Shown here: positions 36,922-47,178 of the stretch, in pieces
Layout: every line of letters starts with the position of its first letter
Numbering within the stretch: the first letter of the stretch is position 1
NCBI GenBank assembly: GCA_027051165.1
Contig: JALTZZ010000011.1
Span: 5,556-69,555 of the forward strand
Source of the DNA: an archaeon
Lineage (GTDB): Archaea > Hydrothermarchaeota > Hydrothermarchaeia > JALTZZ01
Length of the DNA stretch: 64,000 nt
Reading direction: 5' to 3'
Translations under genes and position numbers: made by a program
Notes under the pieces: model-generated
What the model saw: only the letters and a program-made list of their open reading frames with translations
Told to the model about the DNA's origin: nothing
Database searches by the model: none

Positions 36922-37641
36922 TTATCCGAGCATTTTTACACCCAATAGTATTAACACTGCCCCCAGCAAGCCGAATATAGCGAAGGTTTCGCTCATTACG
37001 CTGAATACCATGTTCTTACCCATGGTCTCCGGTCTTCTTGCAATACTCGCAACACCACCGGCAGCTGTTATACCCTGCCCTATGGCGCTAAATCCAGCAA
37101 ATCCCACACTAAATCCGGCACCAACAGCAGCTAATCCCATAGTCATTGTTATTTCCTTGGGAACTCCTCCAAAAAGTCCTGCACCAGCCATTATGAGTAT
37201 AGCCACAAGTAAGCCATATATAGCCTGTGTTTCTGGAAGAACGCTAAACACCATACCTCTGCCAAACATTTCCGGCTTTTCGCTTGTAACACCTATTCCG
37301 CTTGAAGTGACGATCCCCTGACCTACTGCGCTCAATCCAGCCAATCCCGTAGCTAAACCTGCTCCAAGAGCTGCCCAACCCAGAGGTTCGCTGAGCTCCT
37401 TAGCTCCTCCGCCAAGCATTCCAGCACCGAGCATTATAAGAATTCCTATAAGCAAGCCGTATATTGCTTGTGTCTGTGGAAGAGCCTGAAACACAAGTGC
37501 AGTTCCGAACTTTTCTGGTCTTTCGCTTATAACACCCGCTCCAGCTGCTCCAGCAATACCCACACCTATACCAGAGCCTATACCGCTAAGCCCTATAGCT
37601 AATCCAGCACCTATTGCCGCTAATGCTAAAGGATCAACCAA
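36922..37641 (-). CDS. atpK: A-type ATP synthase proteolipid subunit K/c, triplicated hairpin
   Basis: Three about 75-aa repeats. Helix-2 motifs are QTQAIYGLL (no carboxylate), PETQAIYGLL and SETFAIFGLL. Gln residues in helices 1 of hairpins 2 and 3 give a Q...ET Na+-type signature. Confidence 0.85.
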   Translation of the reverse strand: MVDPLALAAIGAGLAIGLSGIGSGIGVGIAGAAGAGVISERPEKFGTALVFQALPQTQAIYGLLIGILIMLGAGMLGGGAKELSEPLGWAALGAGLATGLAGLSAVGQGIVTSSGIGVTSEKPEMFGRGMVFSVLPETQAIYGLLVAILIMAGAGLFGGVPKEITMTMGLAAVGAGFSVGFAGFSAIGQGITAAGGVASIARRPETMGKNMVFSVMSETFAIFGLLGAVLILLGVKMLG

Positions 37642-37644
37642 ATT

Positions 37645-39543
37645 TTACACCTCCTCTGTATATTCTCTTTTTATTTTAAACGGATTGTATTTTTTACCCC
37701 CACCTTCATAAAATTTGCTGAAGAACTCAACGTAATGAAGCCTTAAGCTGTGTATAAATGCTCCCAAGGTCTGTATAACAGTGTTAGCTAAGTGCCCCAC
37801 GATAAATATTATAGGTGCCAGTATATAACCCAAGATCGGTATTCCTTTTACAAGATTTACGAGTATGTTTATAGCCATCGCTATACCGCTTGTTGCTAAG
37901 GATAGAGCCAAGAGTCTTGCATAGCTGAGAATATCACCGAGAAGACCTGTTAAACTGAATATTCCTAGTGCTCCATAAAGGTAGAACACCGTTATAAGCC
38001 CTGCAGCAAGGAAAATAAAACTTGCTGGATTTACTCCCAAGATATACAATATTATGCCTATTTCTAACAAGAAGAACCATGCTTTTGATAGTTTTTCTTT
38101 GCCGTTTTTTGCTTTAAGGAACCCAAGCAGAAAACCTATGTTTATGTGTAAAACACCTATAGCTAATGCCATAACCAATATAAACATTATCGGCACAAGC
38201 TCCTTTCCAAATAAAACTACAGGCTCTGCTCCAAATGGATCTATTATACCTTGAACGTTGCCTATCTTTTTCAGGAAGTCTCCAAGATAGCTACCAAAGA
38301 TAGCTCCGAAAAACATTGCACTTATTCCACTTGCAGTTAAAATTATTCCTAAGTCTCTATATGTGCTCTTAAATCCGAGCCTTTTATACAGGAAGTATCC
38401 AACAAGTGCTACAATCGCTCCGTAGACGAAATCCGTAAGCATAATTCCAAAGAACAATATGAAGCCTATTGCTAATAGAGGTGTGGGATCAAATTCGTTG
38501 TACCTCGGAGGAGCGAAAGTCTCGGTTAATATCTCAAAAGGTCTAAATATCTTCGGATTGTCGAGCATCACGGGAATATCTTCGTTGGGATTCGGATCTT
38601 TAAGCTCAGCTATACAGTCAAACTTCCCAACCTCTTTAAGCACGTTGCTTGCATACTTCTCTGGCACGTAACCCTCGATTAAGTAAGTTCTTTTTGTCCT
38701 TCCAAAAAGATTAAATGCTTCCATCCTCTCCTTTTCTATATCGAGAAGCTCTAAAAATGCTAAAATTTGCTTTTCATATTTATCCTTATATTTTCCTACT
38801 TTGGCTATTATATCCTCGTTTTCTTTTTCAAGAGCCCTTATCTTCTCCTTAAGCTCGGATAAAACTTCAACCGGTTTTCCTTTAAATTCGGCTCTTATTT
38901 CTATGAAGCGATGTTTTCTTAAAGAATCTTCACATTTATCTATATCTTCCATTAAACCGATTATTATCAGAAATGCCTCATCTTCATACTCCTTAGAAAA
39001 GACGACAAAGTTTTCTTCAAGCTCTTTTTTTATTTTGTTTATACTTTCAAGATCAACGTATCCGGCTTTTATAAAAACTCTTTTACCTTTTCCCAAATAT
39101 CTAAGATCGAAGTCCAAATCTTTTATTTTTTCAACAAGCTTTAGGTTTTCCCTATATTCCGAGATTTTTTCGTTGTTTTCATTAAACTTCCTTCCCAAAG
39201 ATCTCAAATCATTCTCGAATTCCGATAAAAATTTTCTTACATCGTCGATGAGTTCACGTGTATTACTATACTTTTTAACCTTTACTTTCTCAGGTGGTTT
39301 TGGCAAGCTGAAACCTTTTTTCTTCTCTTCTGCAAGCTTTAATATATCTTTAAGGGAGTTAAGAGACATCTGAAGAGAAATCACATCTCTAAGTTCTTCT
39401 TTAGCGGTAGCTTTTTCCACATTTGGATCGTTTATTTCCCTAAGCTCTAAAACACCAATTTCATGCAGTTTTTTGACGAGTTCGTCCTTATCATTATCGT
39501 AAACGAGCAAGCTTATTTTTTTCATTCTCGCAGGTTTTAGCAT
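37645..39543 (-). CDS. atpI: A-type ATP synthase subunit I (a-subunit)
   Basis: 632 aa, soluble N-domain plus C-terminal TM domain. Confidence 0.85.
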   Translation of the reverse strand: MLKPARMKKISLLVYDNDKDELVKKLHEIGVLELREINDPNVEKATAKEELRDVISLQMSLNSLKDILKLAEEKKKGFSLPKPPEKVKVKKYSNTRELIDDVRKFLSEFENDLRSLGRKFNENNEKISEYRENLKLVEKIKDLDFDLRYLGKGKRVFIKAGYVDLESINKIKKELEENFVVFSKEYEDEAFLIIIGLMEDIDKCEDSLRKHRFIEIRAEFKGKPVEVLSELKEKIRALEKENEDIIAKVGKYKDKYEKQILAFLELLDIEKERMEAFNLFGRTKRTYLIEGYVPEKYASNVLKEVGKFDCIAELKDPNPNEDIPVMLDNPKIFRPFEILTETFAPPRYNEFDPTPLLAIGFILFFGIMLTDFVYGAIVALVGYFLYKRLGFKSTYRDLGIILTASGISAMFFGAIFGSYLGDFLKKIGNVQGIIDPFGAEPVVLFGKELVPIMFILVMALAIGVLHINIGFLLGFLKAKNGKEKLSKAWFFLLEIGIILYILGVNPASFIFLAAGLITVFYLYGALGIFSLTGLLGDILSYARLLALSLATSGIAMAINILVNLVKGIPILGYILAPIIFIVGHLANTVIQTLGAFIHSLRLHYVEFFSKFYEGGGKKYNPFKIKREYTEEV

Positions 39544-39547
39544 GGAC

Positions 39548-39862
39548 TCACCCTTTTAATATTTCATTTACAATTATTTCACTTGCTTTTTCTATTTTTG
39601 ACTTTGTTTTCTCAATTATTTCTTTTTTATTTTTTTCAGCTTCCTCTTTTATTTTTTCTGCTTCCTTTTCAGCTTCTTTTCTTGCTTTTTCCACCATTTT
39701 ATTTACTTCGTCTTTTGCCTCCTTTTCAGCTTTTGAAATAATTTCCCTTGCTTCTTCCTCAGCTTTTTTTATAATCTCCTTTGCCTTTTCCCTTGCTTCT
39801 GCAACAATTTTTTCTGCCTCTTCTTCTGCTTCTCTAACCCTTATTAACGCCTCTGCGATCAT
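39548..39862 (-). CDS. atpH: A-type ATP synthase subunit H
   Basis: 104 aa, E/K/A-rich coiled-coil. Confidence 0.7.
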   Translation of the reverse strand: MIAEALIRVREAEEEAEKIVAEAREKAKEIIKKAEEEAREIISKAEKEAKDEVNKMVEKARKEAEKEAEKIKEEAEKNKKEIIEKTKSKIEKASEIIVNEILKG

Positions 39863-40311
39863 TCAACCACCTCTTGCTTTCTGCATGGTGTGATAACAAG
39901 AGGGATAAATATATCTATTCCAACCCGTCTAACGAGCCTCTCAGTTACGCTACCGATCATCTTTCTCGTAAGGAAGTCTTTTCCATAAGATCCGAGGAAT
40001 AGGACTGCCACATCTTTATCTTCTTTTATCTCCTTTAAAATTTCCTCGGGAACCCAGCCTTCCCTTAGCTTTGTCTCAACTTCTATACCTTCTGCTTCTA
40101 AAACCTTTTTTCCCTCTTCAAGAATTTTTTCACCCTTCTTCTTTAAATCTCCGTAGAGCTCCTTAATTCTAATACCGAGCAGAGAGGATATTCTCTTAGT
40201 TTCAACAACATGAAGAAGTTTTACCTTAAGATTAAGCTTCTTTGCAAGCTTTGCAACGCTTGTAAGCAATAAAGGACATGCCCCATCTGTAGCTACAAGT
40301 ATTTTTTTCAT
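39859..40311 (-). CDS. Universal stress protein (UspA family)
   Basis: MKKILVATDG... 150 aa. Confidence 0.65.
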   Translation of the reverse strand: MKKILVATDGACPLLLTSVAKLAKKLNLKVKLLHVVETKRISSLLGIRIKELYGDLKKKGEKILEEGKKVLEAEGIEVETKLREGWVPEEILKEIKEDKDVAVLFLGSYGKDFLTRKMIGSVTERLVRRVGIDIFIPLVITPCRKQEVVE

Positions 40312-40514
40312 TCTTCAACCTCCCAAGTGGATAACCAAAACCAATGTTGACCTCATCGCTATTTATAAACTTTTCGCCCATCTACATGTCCACGTGAATA
40401 TATAAAAGTTTTTTGTATATAGAATATATAAAGTATAGATTGAATATAGATTTATGCAACAAAGGAGACCAACAATATTAACCAAACGTTACAACTTGAG
40501 CTTACTAAGAAAGG

Positions 40515-40871
40515 GTGTTGACATTGATAGACGAAGAATTCAGAAGAAGATACCCCAATCTTGCAAGAGAGATTGAGGAAAATCTTATGAGTTTAAAAAT
40601 AGATGGTATTAGGAGTAGCATTGAAGAGGCAGAAAAAGCTGCAAATATAGAGCACTACGAGCCTACAGTTATAGATTTTCTCAGAAGGTGCGAAACCGAA
40701 GAGGAGGGTCTTGAGGTTATTGAATATCTTGAAAAGAGGGGAGAGATAAGCAGAGAGTATGCAGCAAAACTGAAAATACAGCTACTAACAAAAGGGATCA
40801 GAAGTTTTGGTCCAAAAAAAGAACCCGGATACTACTACAGGTTTTTTGGATATAAAGATGAAGAAGATTAG
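40515..40871 (+). CDS. Hypothetical protein
   Basis: 118 aa; no motif recognised. Confidence 0.3.
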   Translation: MLTLIDEEFRRRYPNLAREIEENLMSLKIDGIRSSIEEAEKAANIEHYEPTVIDFLRRCETEEEGLEVIEYLEKRGEISREYAAKLKIQLLTKGIRSFGPKKEPGYYYRFFGYKDEED

Positions 40872-42181
40872 CTCCAGAAGAGCACCAAGAATATATATCC
40901 TAAGAATGTTGAGTAGATCATGTATGGTAAGCCATACTTCATGAAATCTATGGATCTTATAGGATAACCGACTCTTTCGGATATCCCAGCCACGACTATG
41001 TTTGCAGATGCACCTATGAGGGTTCCGTTTCCGCCGAAACATGCTCCTAAGGACAACGCCCATATAAGAGGTGTCGCATCTATTCCTACGGTTCTTGATA
41101 TTGTATCTATGAGAGGTAGCATAGTAGCTGTTAAGGGTATGTTATTTATAAATGCCGAAAGGAATGCCATAAACCAGACTATAACCGTTATTGCCAATAA
41201 AGTATTTTCTCCAATAAGATTAGATATTGAATAAGCAAGCTTATCAATTAATCCAACATTTTCAGCTCCTCTAATAACTACAAACAAAAATGCAAAAAAG
41301 AGTAAAGTGGGCCATTCTACATACTCTAACACTTCCTCTATAGTAAATTTCCTTCTTCCAACTAAAATTAAAAGTAAAGATGCACTTGTAAGTGCTATTA
41401 TTGCTATATTTAGTCCAAGCTTTTTTTGAAGCAAAAACATTAGAATTAATATAAACAAAACAAATAATGATTTTATAAGCAACATCTTATCTTTTATTAA
41501 ATTTTTTTCTGAAATGCTTCTTAGCACGGCTTCGTTAATCTTATTTTTTTTAATATAATCTTTTGTGATAAGGTAGAAGTATGGTATTGATAAGGTTAGG
41601 ACAAAGACTACTAAGGGGAGCATTGTGGGCTTATTTTCATATATTATAAAATCTGAAAAACTTAGGTCCGCATAAGCAGCGATTAAGATGTTCGGTGGAT
41701 CTCCCACAAGTGTTCCAGTTCCTCCTACATTTGATGCTAAAGCGATGATTATTAGTATGGGCACAGGATTTATTTTTAGTAGGTAAGCAACTTCTATAAG
41801 CGGAGGTGTTGTTAATAGAACTGTTGTTACATTATCAAGGATCATTGAAGAAAATGCTGTTAGCATTGCAAATGATATCATTATCAGAAATAAATTTCCC
41901 TTAGATTTCTTTAAAATTTTTACCCCCAACCACTGAAAAACTCCCGTATGCGCTATAATTGATACAATTATCATCATTCCTAAAAGCAATCCTATTACCT
42001 CAAAATCTATTGCAAGAATAGCCTCTTCCCACGTTAAAAAGCCGAAATACGTTCCGGCGAGAACCATTGCAACCGCACCTATGAGTGCAGCAACGGTTTG
42101 ATGAAAAACGTCGAATATTATGAGAAGATATGTTACCAAGAATATTGCTGTTGCTACATAGAAAGACATGTCCGCCTCCAT
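40868..42181 (-). CDS. ArsB/NhaD-superfamily anion permease
   Basis: 437 aa, 10-12 TM. Confidence 0.55.
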   Translation of the reverse strand: MEADMSFYVATAIFLVTYLLIIFDVFHQTVAALIGAVAMVLAGTYFGFLTWEEAILAIDFEVIGLLLGMMIIVSIIAHTGVFQWLGVKILKKSKGNLFLIMISFAMLTAFSSMILDNVTTVLLTTPPLIEVAYLLKINPVPILIIIALASNVGGTGTLVGDPPNILIAAYADLSFSDFIIYENKPTMLPLVVFVLTLSIPYFYLITKDYIKKNKINEAVLRSISEKNLIKDKMLLIKSLFVLFILILMFLLQKKLGLNIAIIALTSASLLLILVGRRKFTIEEVLEYVEWPTLLFFAFLFVVIRGAENVGLIDKLAYSISNLIGENTLLAITVIVWFMAFLSAFINNIPLTATMLPLIDTISRTVGIDATPLIWALSLGACFGGNGTLIGASANIVVAGISERVGYPIRSIDFMKYGLPYMIYSTFLGYIFLVLFWS

Positions 42182-42481
42182 ACAACAATCTTCTCCAAAA
42201 GCTGACGTTCTAATTTATAATTATAAATCATTAAAATTTGTGATGCACCTTAACAGGGTGGTGGTGCTTTAACTGCATGTTTAAAGTTTTCTTTAATAAA
42301 TCTTTTTTAAATTTTTCAAATATACAATAAATTCTAAAAAACAACAAGCTTTTTTATTGTTCAAAATAATTTTTTAAGTTTCCTGCCTAAAAAGTTCAAT
42401 TTGAAACATGCACCATGTTCGAAAGGTTTAAAAATGTGAAGGTATCATTTATTTGGGGTTTCAACATAAGGAGGAATAAGC

Positions 42482-43852
42482 TTGAGGTTCGATGTCGTCA
42501 TAATAGGCGCTGGACCCGCTGGTCTCTTTGCCGCTTATGAACTCTCCACAAAAAGCAATCTCAAAGTCCTCATCATAGAAATGGGTAAGGACGTTGAAAA
42601 AAGAGTGTGTCCAATGGAAAAAACTGGTGAGTGCATAAACTGCAAGCCGTGCAATGTTATGAGCGGTGTTGGCGGTAGCGGAGGCTTAAGCGATGGAACG
42701 CTGAATTTAAGACCCGACATAGGAGGAAATCTATACGAATACATGAGCGAGGAAGAAGCTTGGGAGCTTGTAAACTACGTTGATTCCATATGGATAAGGT
42801 TCGGTGCTCCAAAAAAGCTATATAAGGCGACAAGCAGAGAGGAAGAGGAGCTTTCAAGAAGAGCTGCAAGTGCCGGGATAGAGTTCATCCAAATACCTCA
42901 GAGACACATTGGAAGCGACTACACGCCGAAGGTAATAGCTAATATAAGAGATTTCTTAAGAGAGAAAGGAGTTCAGTTTATGCTTGAAACAGAGGTCGTT
43001 AAAATCGAAAAAGATGGGGTCATCCTTAAAGATGGAAGAAAAATAGAATCTAAGTATATAATCTCAGCCCCGGGAAGAGCTGGTGCAAACTTCATGCTTA
43101 ATCAGGCAAAGAGGCTCGGAATAAAGTTTAGACATGGACCTATAGACGTCGGTGTCAGAGTGGAGGTTCCAGCGATAGTTATGGAGGAAGTATGCTCTAT
43201 AAACAGGGATCCAAAGTTTCACATAATTACAAGAACATATGACGACTTCGTTAGAACATTCTGTGTAAATCATAGAGGTTTCGTTGTAAAAGAAACATAT
43301 AAAGGATATGTTGGTGTAAATGGTCACAGCCTAAGAGATAAGCAGACAAACAATACAAATTTTGCTTTTCTGGTTAGAATAGAGCTTACGGAGCCTATAG
43401 AAAACTCGACGGTTTACGGAGAGAGCATTGCAAAAACAGCCACAGTTCTCGGTGGCGGGAATCCTCTGATACAGAGGCTTGGAGATTTAAGAAGGGGTAG
43501 GAGAAGCACTTGGAATAGGATAAACAGAGGACTCGTAAAGCCTACGCTGAAGAGCGTTACGCCCGGGGATATAAGCATGGTGATGCCGCACAGAATTGTT
43601 ACAGACATACTTGAAGGATTGGAAAAATTGGATAGGGTTATCCCAGGAGTCGCAAGCGATTCAACGCTGCTGTATGCACCAGAAATAAAATACTACGCAA
43701 TGAAGGTTGAAGTTAACAAATATATGCAGACAAACATTCCAAATATATTCGTCGCTGGAGACGGCGTAGGCGTTTCAAGAGGACTTATAATCGCAAGTGC
43801 AACCGGCGTTTTAGCTGCAAGAGGCGTTTTAAAAGAATTAGGTATCTTGTAA
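42482..43852 (+). CDS. FAD-dependent oxidoreductase (uncharacterized FAD-dehydrogenase family)
   Basis: VVIIGAGPAGLFAA dinucleotide-binding motif; 456 aa. Confidence 0.7.
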   Translation: MRFDVVIIGAGPAGLFAAYELSTKSNLKVLIIEMGKDVEKRVCPMEKTGECINCKPCNVMSGVGGSGGLSDGTLNLRPDIGGNLYEYMSEEEAWELVNYVDSIWIRFGAPKKLYKATSREEEELSRRAASAGIEFIQIPQRHIGSDYTPKVIANIRDFLREKGVQFMLETEVVKIEKDGVILKDGRKIESKYIISAPGRAGANFMLNQAKRLGIKFRHGPIDVGVRVEVPAIVMEEVCSINRDPKFHIITRTYDDFVRTFCVNHRGFVVKETYKGYVGVNGHSLRDKQTNNTNFAFLVRIELTEPIENSTVYGESIAKTATVLGGGNPLIQRLGDLRRGRRSTWNRINRGLVKPTLKSVTPGDISMVMPHRIVTDILEGLEKLDRVIPGVASDSTLLYAPEIKYYAMKVEVNKYMQTNIPNIFVAGDGVGVSRGLIIASATGVLAARGVLKELGIL

Positions 43853-43982
43853 TTTTTAAATCGCTCTTATATCTTTTCTGGTTGGTAGCTGAACAAATGC
43901 AACATGATTTTAAGCTTAAAAGCGAGAAGTTTCAACTAAAAGGGTTATAAGGCGTTTTTAAATTAATGCGGGTATTTCATCT

Positions 43983-45056
43983 TTGAAGGCTTTTCCCAAC
44001 GTTATTTCAGAGATCTCAGAGACTTCCGCTGTGCCAACTAATTCTACGAAAATTAACATTCAGGGGTCAAAATTGAATGAAGCAGTAGAAGAGCTTAATA
44101 AAATGGTAAAGTTTAGTTTAAACGGAAAATACTTCTATACTACTAAGGGAAGCAGACTTTTAAGGATTTTACCAATAATAAGGAAGAGAAAAGTATTTAC
44201 CACGAGAGACATAGCCAAAGAGCTTGGAGAAGATGTAAGGAGAATATCAGACGTCTTAACATTATTATACAAGAGAGGAGCAATTGAGAGAACACCTGTA
44301 ATATCCTTAGACAGGAACGTAAGGGAAAGAATTTACTACCTGAAAGGCTATGAATACTTAGTTCCAGAGTATTTACTAAACAAATTAGATCCAGATGACA
44401 GGAAGTTTATTGAAGAGCTTATTTTTTCAAAGACTTTGAAGAGTAGCATAAGGCTAGAAAAAGAAGGATTCAGAAACTTCAAAGTCTTAAACAACTTTGT
44501 AAAAGTAGGCTTAGTAAAGAAGAAGACTATACATCTTTGGCACGAAAACGATAGATCCCTAGTAAACGTATTCTATTCACCAAGGCTAAAAGAAAAAGAA
44601 ATTGAGAGACTTATAGAGAAAGAAAAGGAAATACTAAGGGAATACGTTAAAAATGCTGTAAGGAACGGTAGAACACTTGAAAAAGAGGTAGAAGAGTTAG
44701 CATGGAAAATAACCTTTAAGCCTGTTGACGTAAAGAGAAACCAAAGGATAAAGCTTAGAAATGGCATTGAAGTAGAGTTCGATGTTATAGCTATTTTTAA
44801 GCCATTCATTAAAGATAAACCAATAGGCTACTGCTATGGCAAGTGTTTAGTTGTAGCGTTTAGCTGCAAGGAGCTCGCAAGCGGTAACTCAGTTCTCGAG
44901 ATAGTAGCGAATGCAAGGGACATATTCCCTAATGCTATAGTTGTCTTGGTTGCAGAGAATATAACAGAAAGCGTTCTAAGAGAAGCAGAAAAGAGGGAAA
45001 TATTACTTATAGCAAGTAAAAAGCTCAAAGAGTTAAGAGAATTAGCAAAGGACTAA
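43983..45056 (+). CDS. Element protein: winged-helix N-region plus C-terminal restriction-endonuclease-like region
   Basis: KEVFTTRDIAKELGEDVRRISDVLTLLYKRGAIERT wHTH-like; C-terminal DVIAIFKP...CLVVAFSCKE. True start may be M41 (44103). Confidence 0.4.
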   Translation: MKAFPNVISEISETSAVPTNSTKINIQGSKLNEAVEELNKMVKFSLNGKYFYTTKGSRLLRILPIIRKRKVFTTRDIAKELGEDVRRISDVLTLLYKRGAIERTPVISLDRNVRERIYYLKGYEYLVPEYLLNKLDPDDRKFIEELIFSKTLKSSIRLEKEGFRNFKVLNNFVKVGLVKKKTIHLWHENDRSLVNVFYSPRLKEKEIERLIEKEKEILREYVKNAVRNGRTLEKEVEELAWKITFKPVDVKRNQRIKLRNGIEVEFDVIAIFKPFIKDKPIGYCYGKCLVVAFSCKELASGNSVLEIVANARDIFPNAIVVLVAENITESVLREAEKREILLIASKKLKELRELAKD

Positions 45057-45080
45057 CTAACAACGATTTTCCATAGTTCC

Positions 45081-46475
45081 ATGGATAAAGAAGAAAAAAT
45101 AAAAGTATTGGAACTATTGTATCAATCTGGCATTGTCTCAATACCATATATTTTTTCAGTGCTATACGAGAAAAAAGATGCATGCTTAGACATTAGATTT
45201 AAGAGAAGAAAAATAAAACAGCTTCAGCGGTTTTTCAATGAGCTACATGACTTAGGAATCGTGAAAAAAGAGAGATATGGGAAGATTGTTTTTTACAAAT
45301 TAAACGAAGTCCGCAAGGACATAATTAGCTCGGTAATTAAGACAAAGTATTATTCAAAAAAATCAAAAAGGTCAAATTCGCTTCAAAAGCTTTTTTACAT
45401 CGTAAATTCGTTAGATAATAAGGAAAATTTAACGGGAAGAATGAAAAATATAGATATTTTAAGCAATACAATAATGCTAAATAACGATGTCAAAGCGAAA
45501 ATAATAAACGAATTTTTGTATTATATCATGAACATAAACAATAAAATCGTTATTTTCAAAAAAACGGAAGATAAACATGAAATAACAGAGGACGGCTCAG
45601 TTATTCTATATGACCAACCAGAGTATTTAGCATATGACTACAGGGTAAGGTTTAATTCGGCAAGATGGTTCAAAAATGTAAACAGATTTATAAGAAATGC
45701 ATTTGAGGAAGCAGGAAAGAGATTTAAATGGGCAGTTCACATAACTTTAACGGTAAATCCTAAGAAGTTTAACAACCACGTAGAAACAGTAATAAAAGCA
45801 AAAAAGCAATTAAACAGTTTTTTAACAACATTACGTTATCAGCAAAAGAAATTATATGAAAAGGGCTTAAGCAAACATAAAAAACTATATTATTTATGCT
45901 TTACAGAATTCGGGGAAGAAAACGGGTTAATACATTTTCATCTTATAGTTTTTGGAAGAAGAAGGATAGCAGATATTAAAAACTTAGAAGAAAAGAAATG
46001 GAAAATAGGCTATGTAAAAGCGAAACAATTAGTTTATAAGCGTGGAATTGGATGGACTTACCCCAAATGGAAGAACCGACCAAAAGATTTTGACAAAAGA
46101 GTTAAAAAAATTTTAGGCAACAAATATAGCTTTAAATTCCCAATTAAGCTATATTTCTACTTCTCATTACCTAAGATGAAGAAGAAGGATGATAAATTAG
46201 AGAAAGATGATTACGATGGCTTAGATCCTTACTTTTTATTAAATTATGCTTTATTGTTTACATACAATCTAAAGTATATCACTTACAGCAGAAACATTTT
46301 AAAGTGGAACGTAGAACCTTATGGAATAAGATATATTGACCTTCCAAATGATAACTATGAATTTTTTGCTGTATGCTATGAATGGGATCTAAAAACAACT
46401 TTTATTGGAAAGTATAGCTTATATGATTTGCTGTTTTATTCGGATGCTTTTATCATAAAATCGAAAGGAGGTTGA
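45081..46475 (+). CDS. rep: HUH-superfamily rolling-circle replication initiator (Rep)-like protein with N-terminal wHTH
   Basis: Motif I HITLTV, motif II (HUH) HFHLIVF and Tyr/Lys motif GYVKAKQLVYK, all in canonical order. Confidence 0.6.
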   Translation: MDKEEKIKVLELLYQSGIVSIPYIFSVLYEKKDACLDIRFKRRKIKQLQRFFNELHDLGIVKKERYGKIVFYKLNEVRKDIISSVIKTKYYSKKSKRSNSLQKLFYIVNSLDNKENLTGRMKNIDILSNTIMLNNDVKAKIINEFLYYIMNINNKIVIFKKTEDKHEITEDGSVILYDQPEYLAYDYRVRFNSARWFKNVNRFIRNAFEEAGKRFKWAVHITLTVNPKKFNNHVETVIKAKKQLNSFLTTLRYQQKKLYEKGLSKHKKLYYLCFTEFGEENGLIHFHLIVFGRRRIADIKNLEEKKWKIGYVKAKQLVYKRGIGWTYPKWKNRPKDFDKRVKKILGNKYSFKFPIKLYFYFSLPKMKKKDDKLEKDDYDGLDPYFLLNYALLFTYNLKYITYSRNILKWNVEPYGIRYIDLPNDNYEFFAVCYEWDLKTTFIGKYSLYDLLFYSDAFIIKSKGG

Positions 46476-46939
46476 GAACAATGACAGAAACGTATGGATA
46501 TTTTTGCCCAAAATGCGAAATAAGGTGGGTAAGATATCTAAATAAGGGAGAATTTTTAGCTTGTGGTTGTGGGGTAAAAAAGGAAGATGCTCCATATATA
46601 TACAGAAAGCACTATGGAAACGATAGAACGCAAATCTACATAAAATTCAAAGACATAATAATAGAAAGAACCTTTAAAACAGAGGAAACGAAGAAAATAG
46701 AAGAAGAATTAAAGAAGCTAGTAAAAGGAAACAAATACGAAGATTTACTAAAGAAAGCGATAGAAAACGCTTTGTATGGAATGAGTCACTACGACCACTA
46801 TTGGGTAAGGTGCAGAAAATGCAAACACTATCTAGGAAGACTTAGAAAAAGAAAATGTAAGCTCCACAGATGGCTTAGTATTGGTTGCAAAGATTTTATA
46901 AAAAGAAAAAAGCCATTAAATGATATAATAGCAATATAG
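46472..46939 (+). CDS. Multi-zinc-ribbon protein
   Basis: CPKCEIRW...CGC and CRKCKHYLG...CKLHRW...C. Confidence 0.45.
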   Translation: MRTMTETYGYFCPKCEIRWVRYLNKGEFLACGCGVKKEDAPYIYRKHYGNDRTQIYIKFKDIIIERTFKTEETKKIEEELKKLVKGNKYEDLLKKAIENALYGMSHYDHYWVRCRKCKHYLGRLRKRKCKLHRWLSIGCKDFIKRKKPLNDIIAI

Positions 46940-46941
46940 AG

Positions 46942-47178
46942 GTGAATAAGATGCCATTCAGTAGAAAAGAAAGAAAATTTCTGGAAGAACTACTTAAGCT
47001 TAATAAACCAAGTGCAGATGATGTAGTAAGAGCATTTTACAAAGTTTATGGAGAGAACAATCATGCAAACTATCCTTACGTAGTAAAGCATAGAATAAAA
47101 AAGAAAGTAGAACAAATGGAAGAAGATTTAGAATTATACTACAAAGTTCAGCATATTTTACAGCTATTAGGCTACTGA
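46942..47178 (+). CDS. Small hypothetical protein of the element
   Basis: 78 aa; 2-nt gap to the previous gene. Confidence 0.35.
   Translation: MNKMPFSRKERKFLEELLKLNKPSADDVVRAFYKVYGENNHANYPYVVKHRIKKKVEQMEEDLELYYKVQHILQLLGY

Noticed and set aside
40785-41063. 92-aa ORF overlapping the ArsB/NhaD permease gene
   Set aside because: Antisense to the permease with an odd composition. Spurious.
43853-43982. Weak resemblance (aatgcgggtatttca) to the tRNA-Leu 3' end as a possible second att site for the 44-54 kb element
   Set aside because: Only about 12 scattered matching positions, far below the 41/41 identity seen for the tRNA-Gln island. Not convincing.
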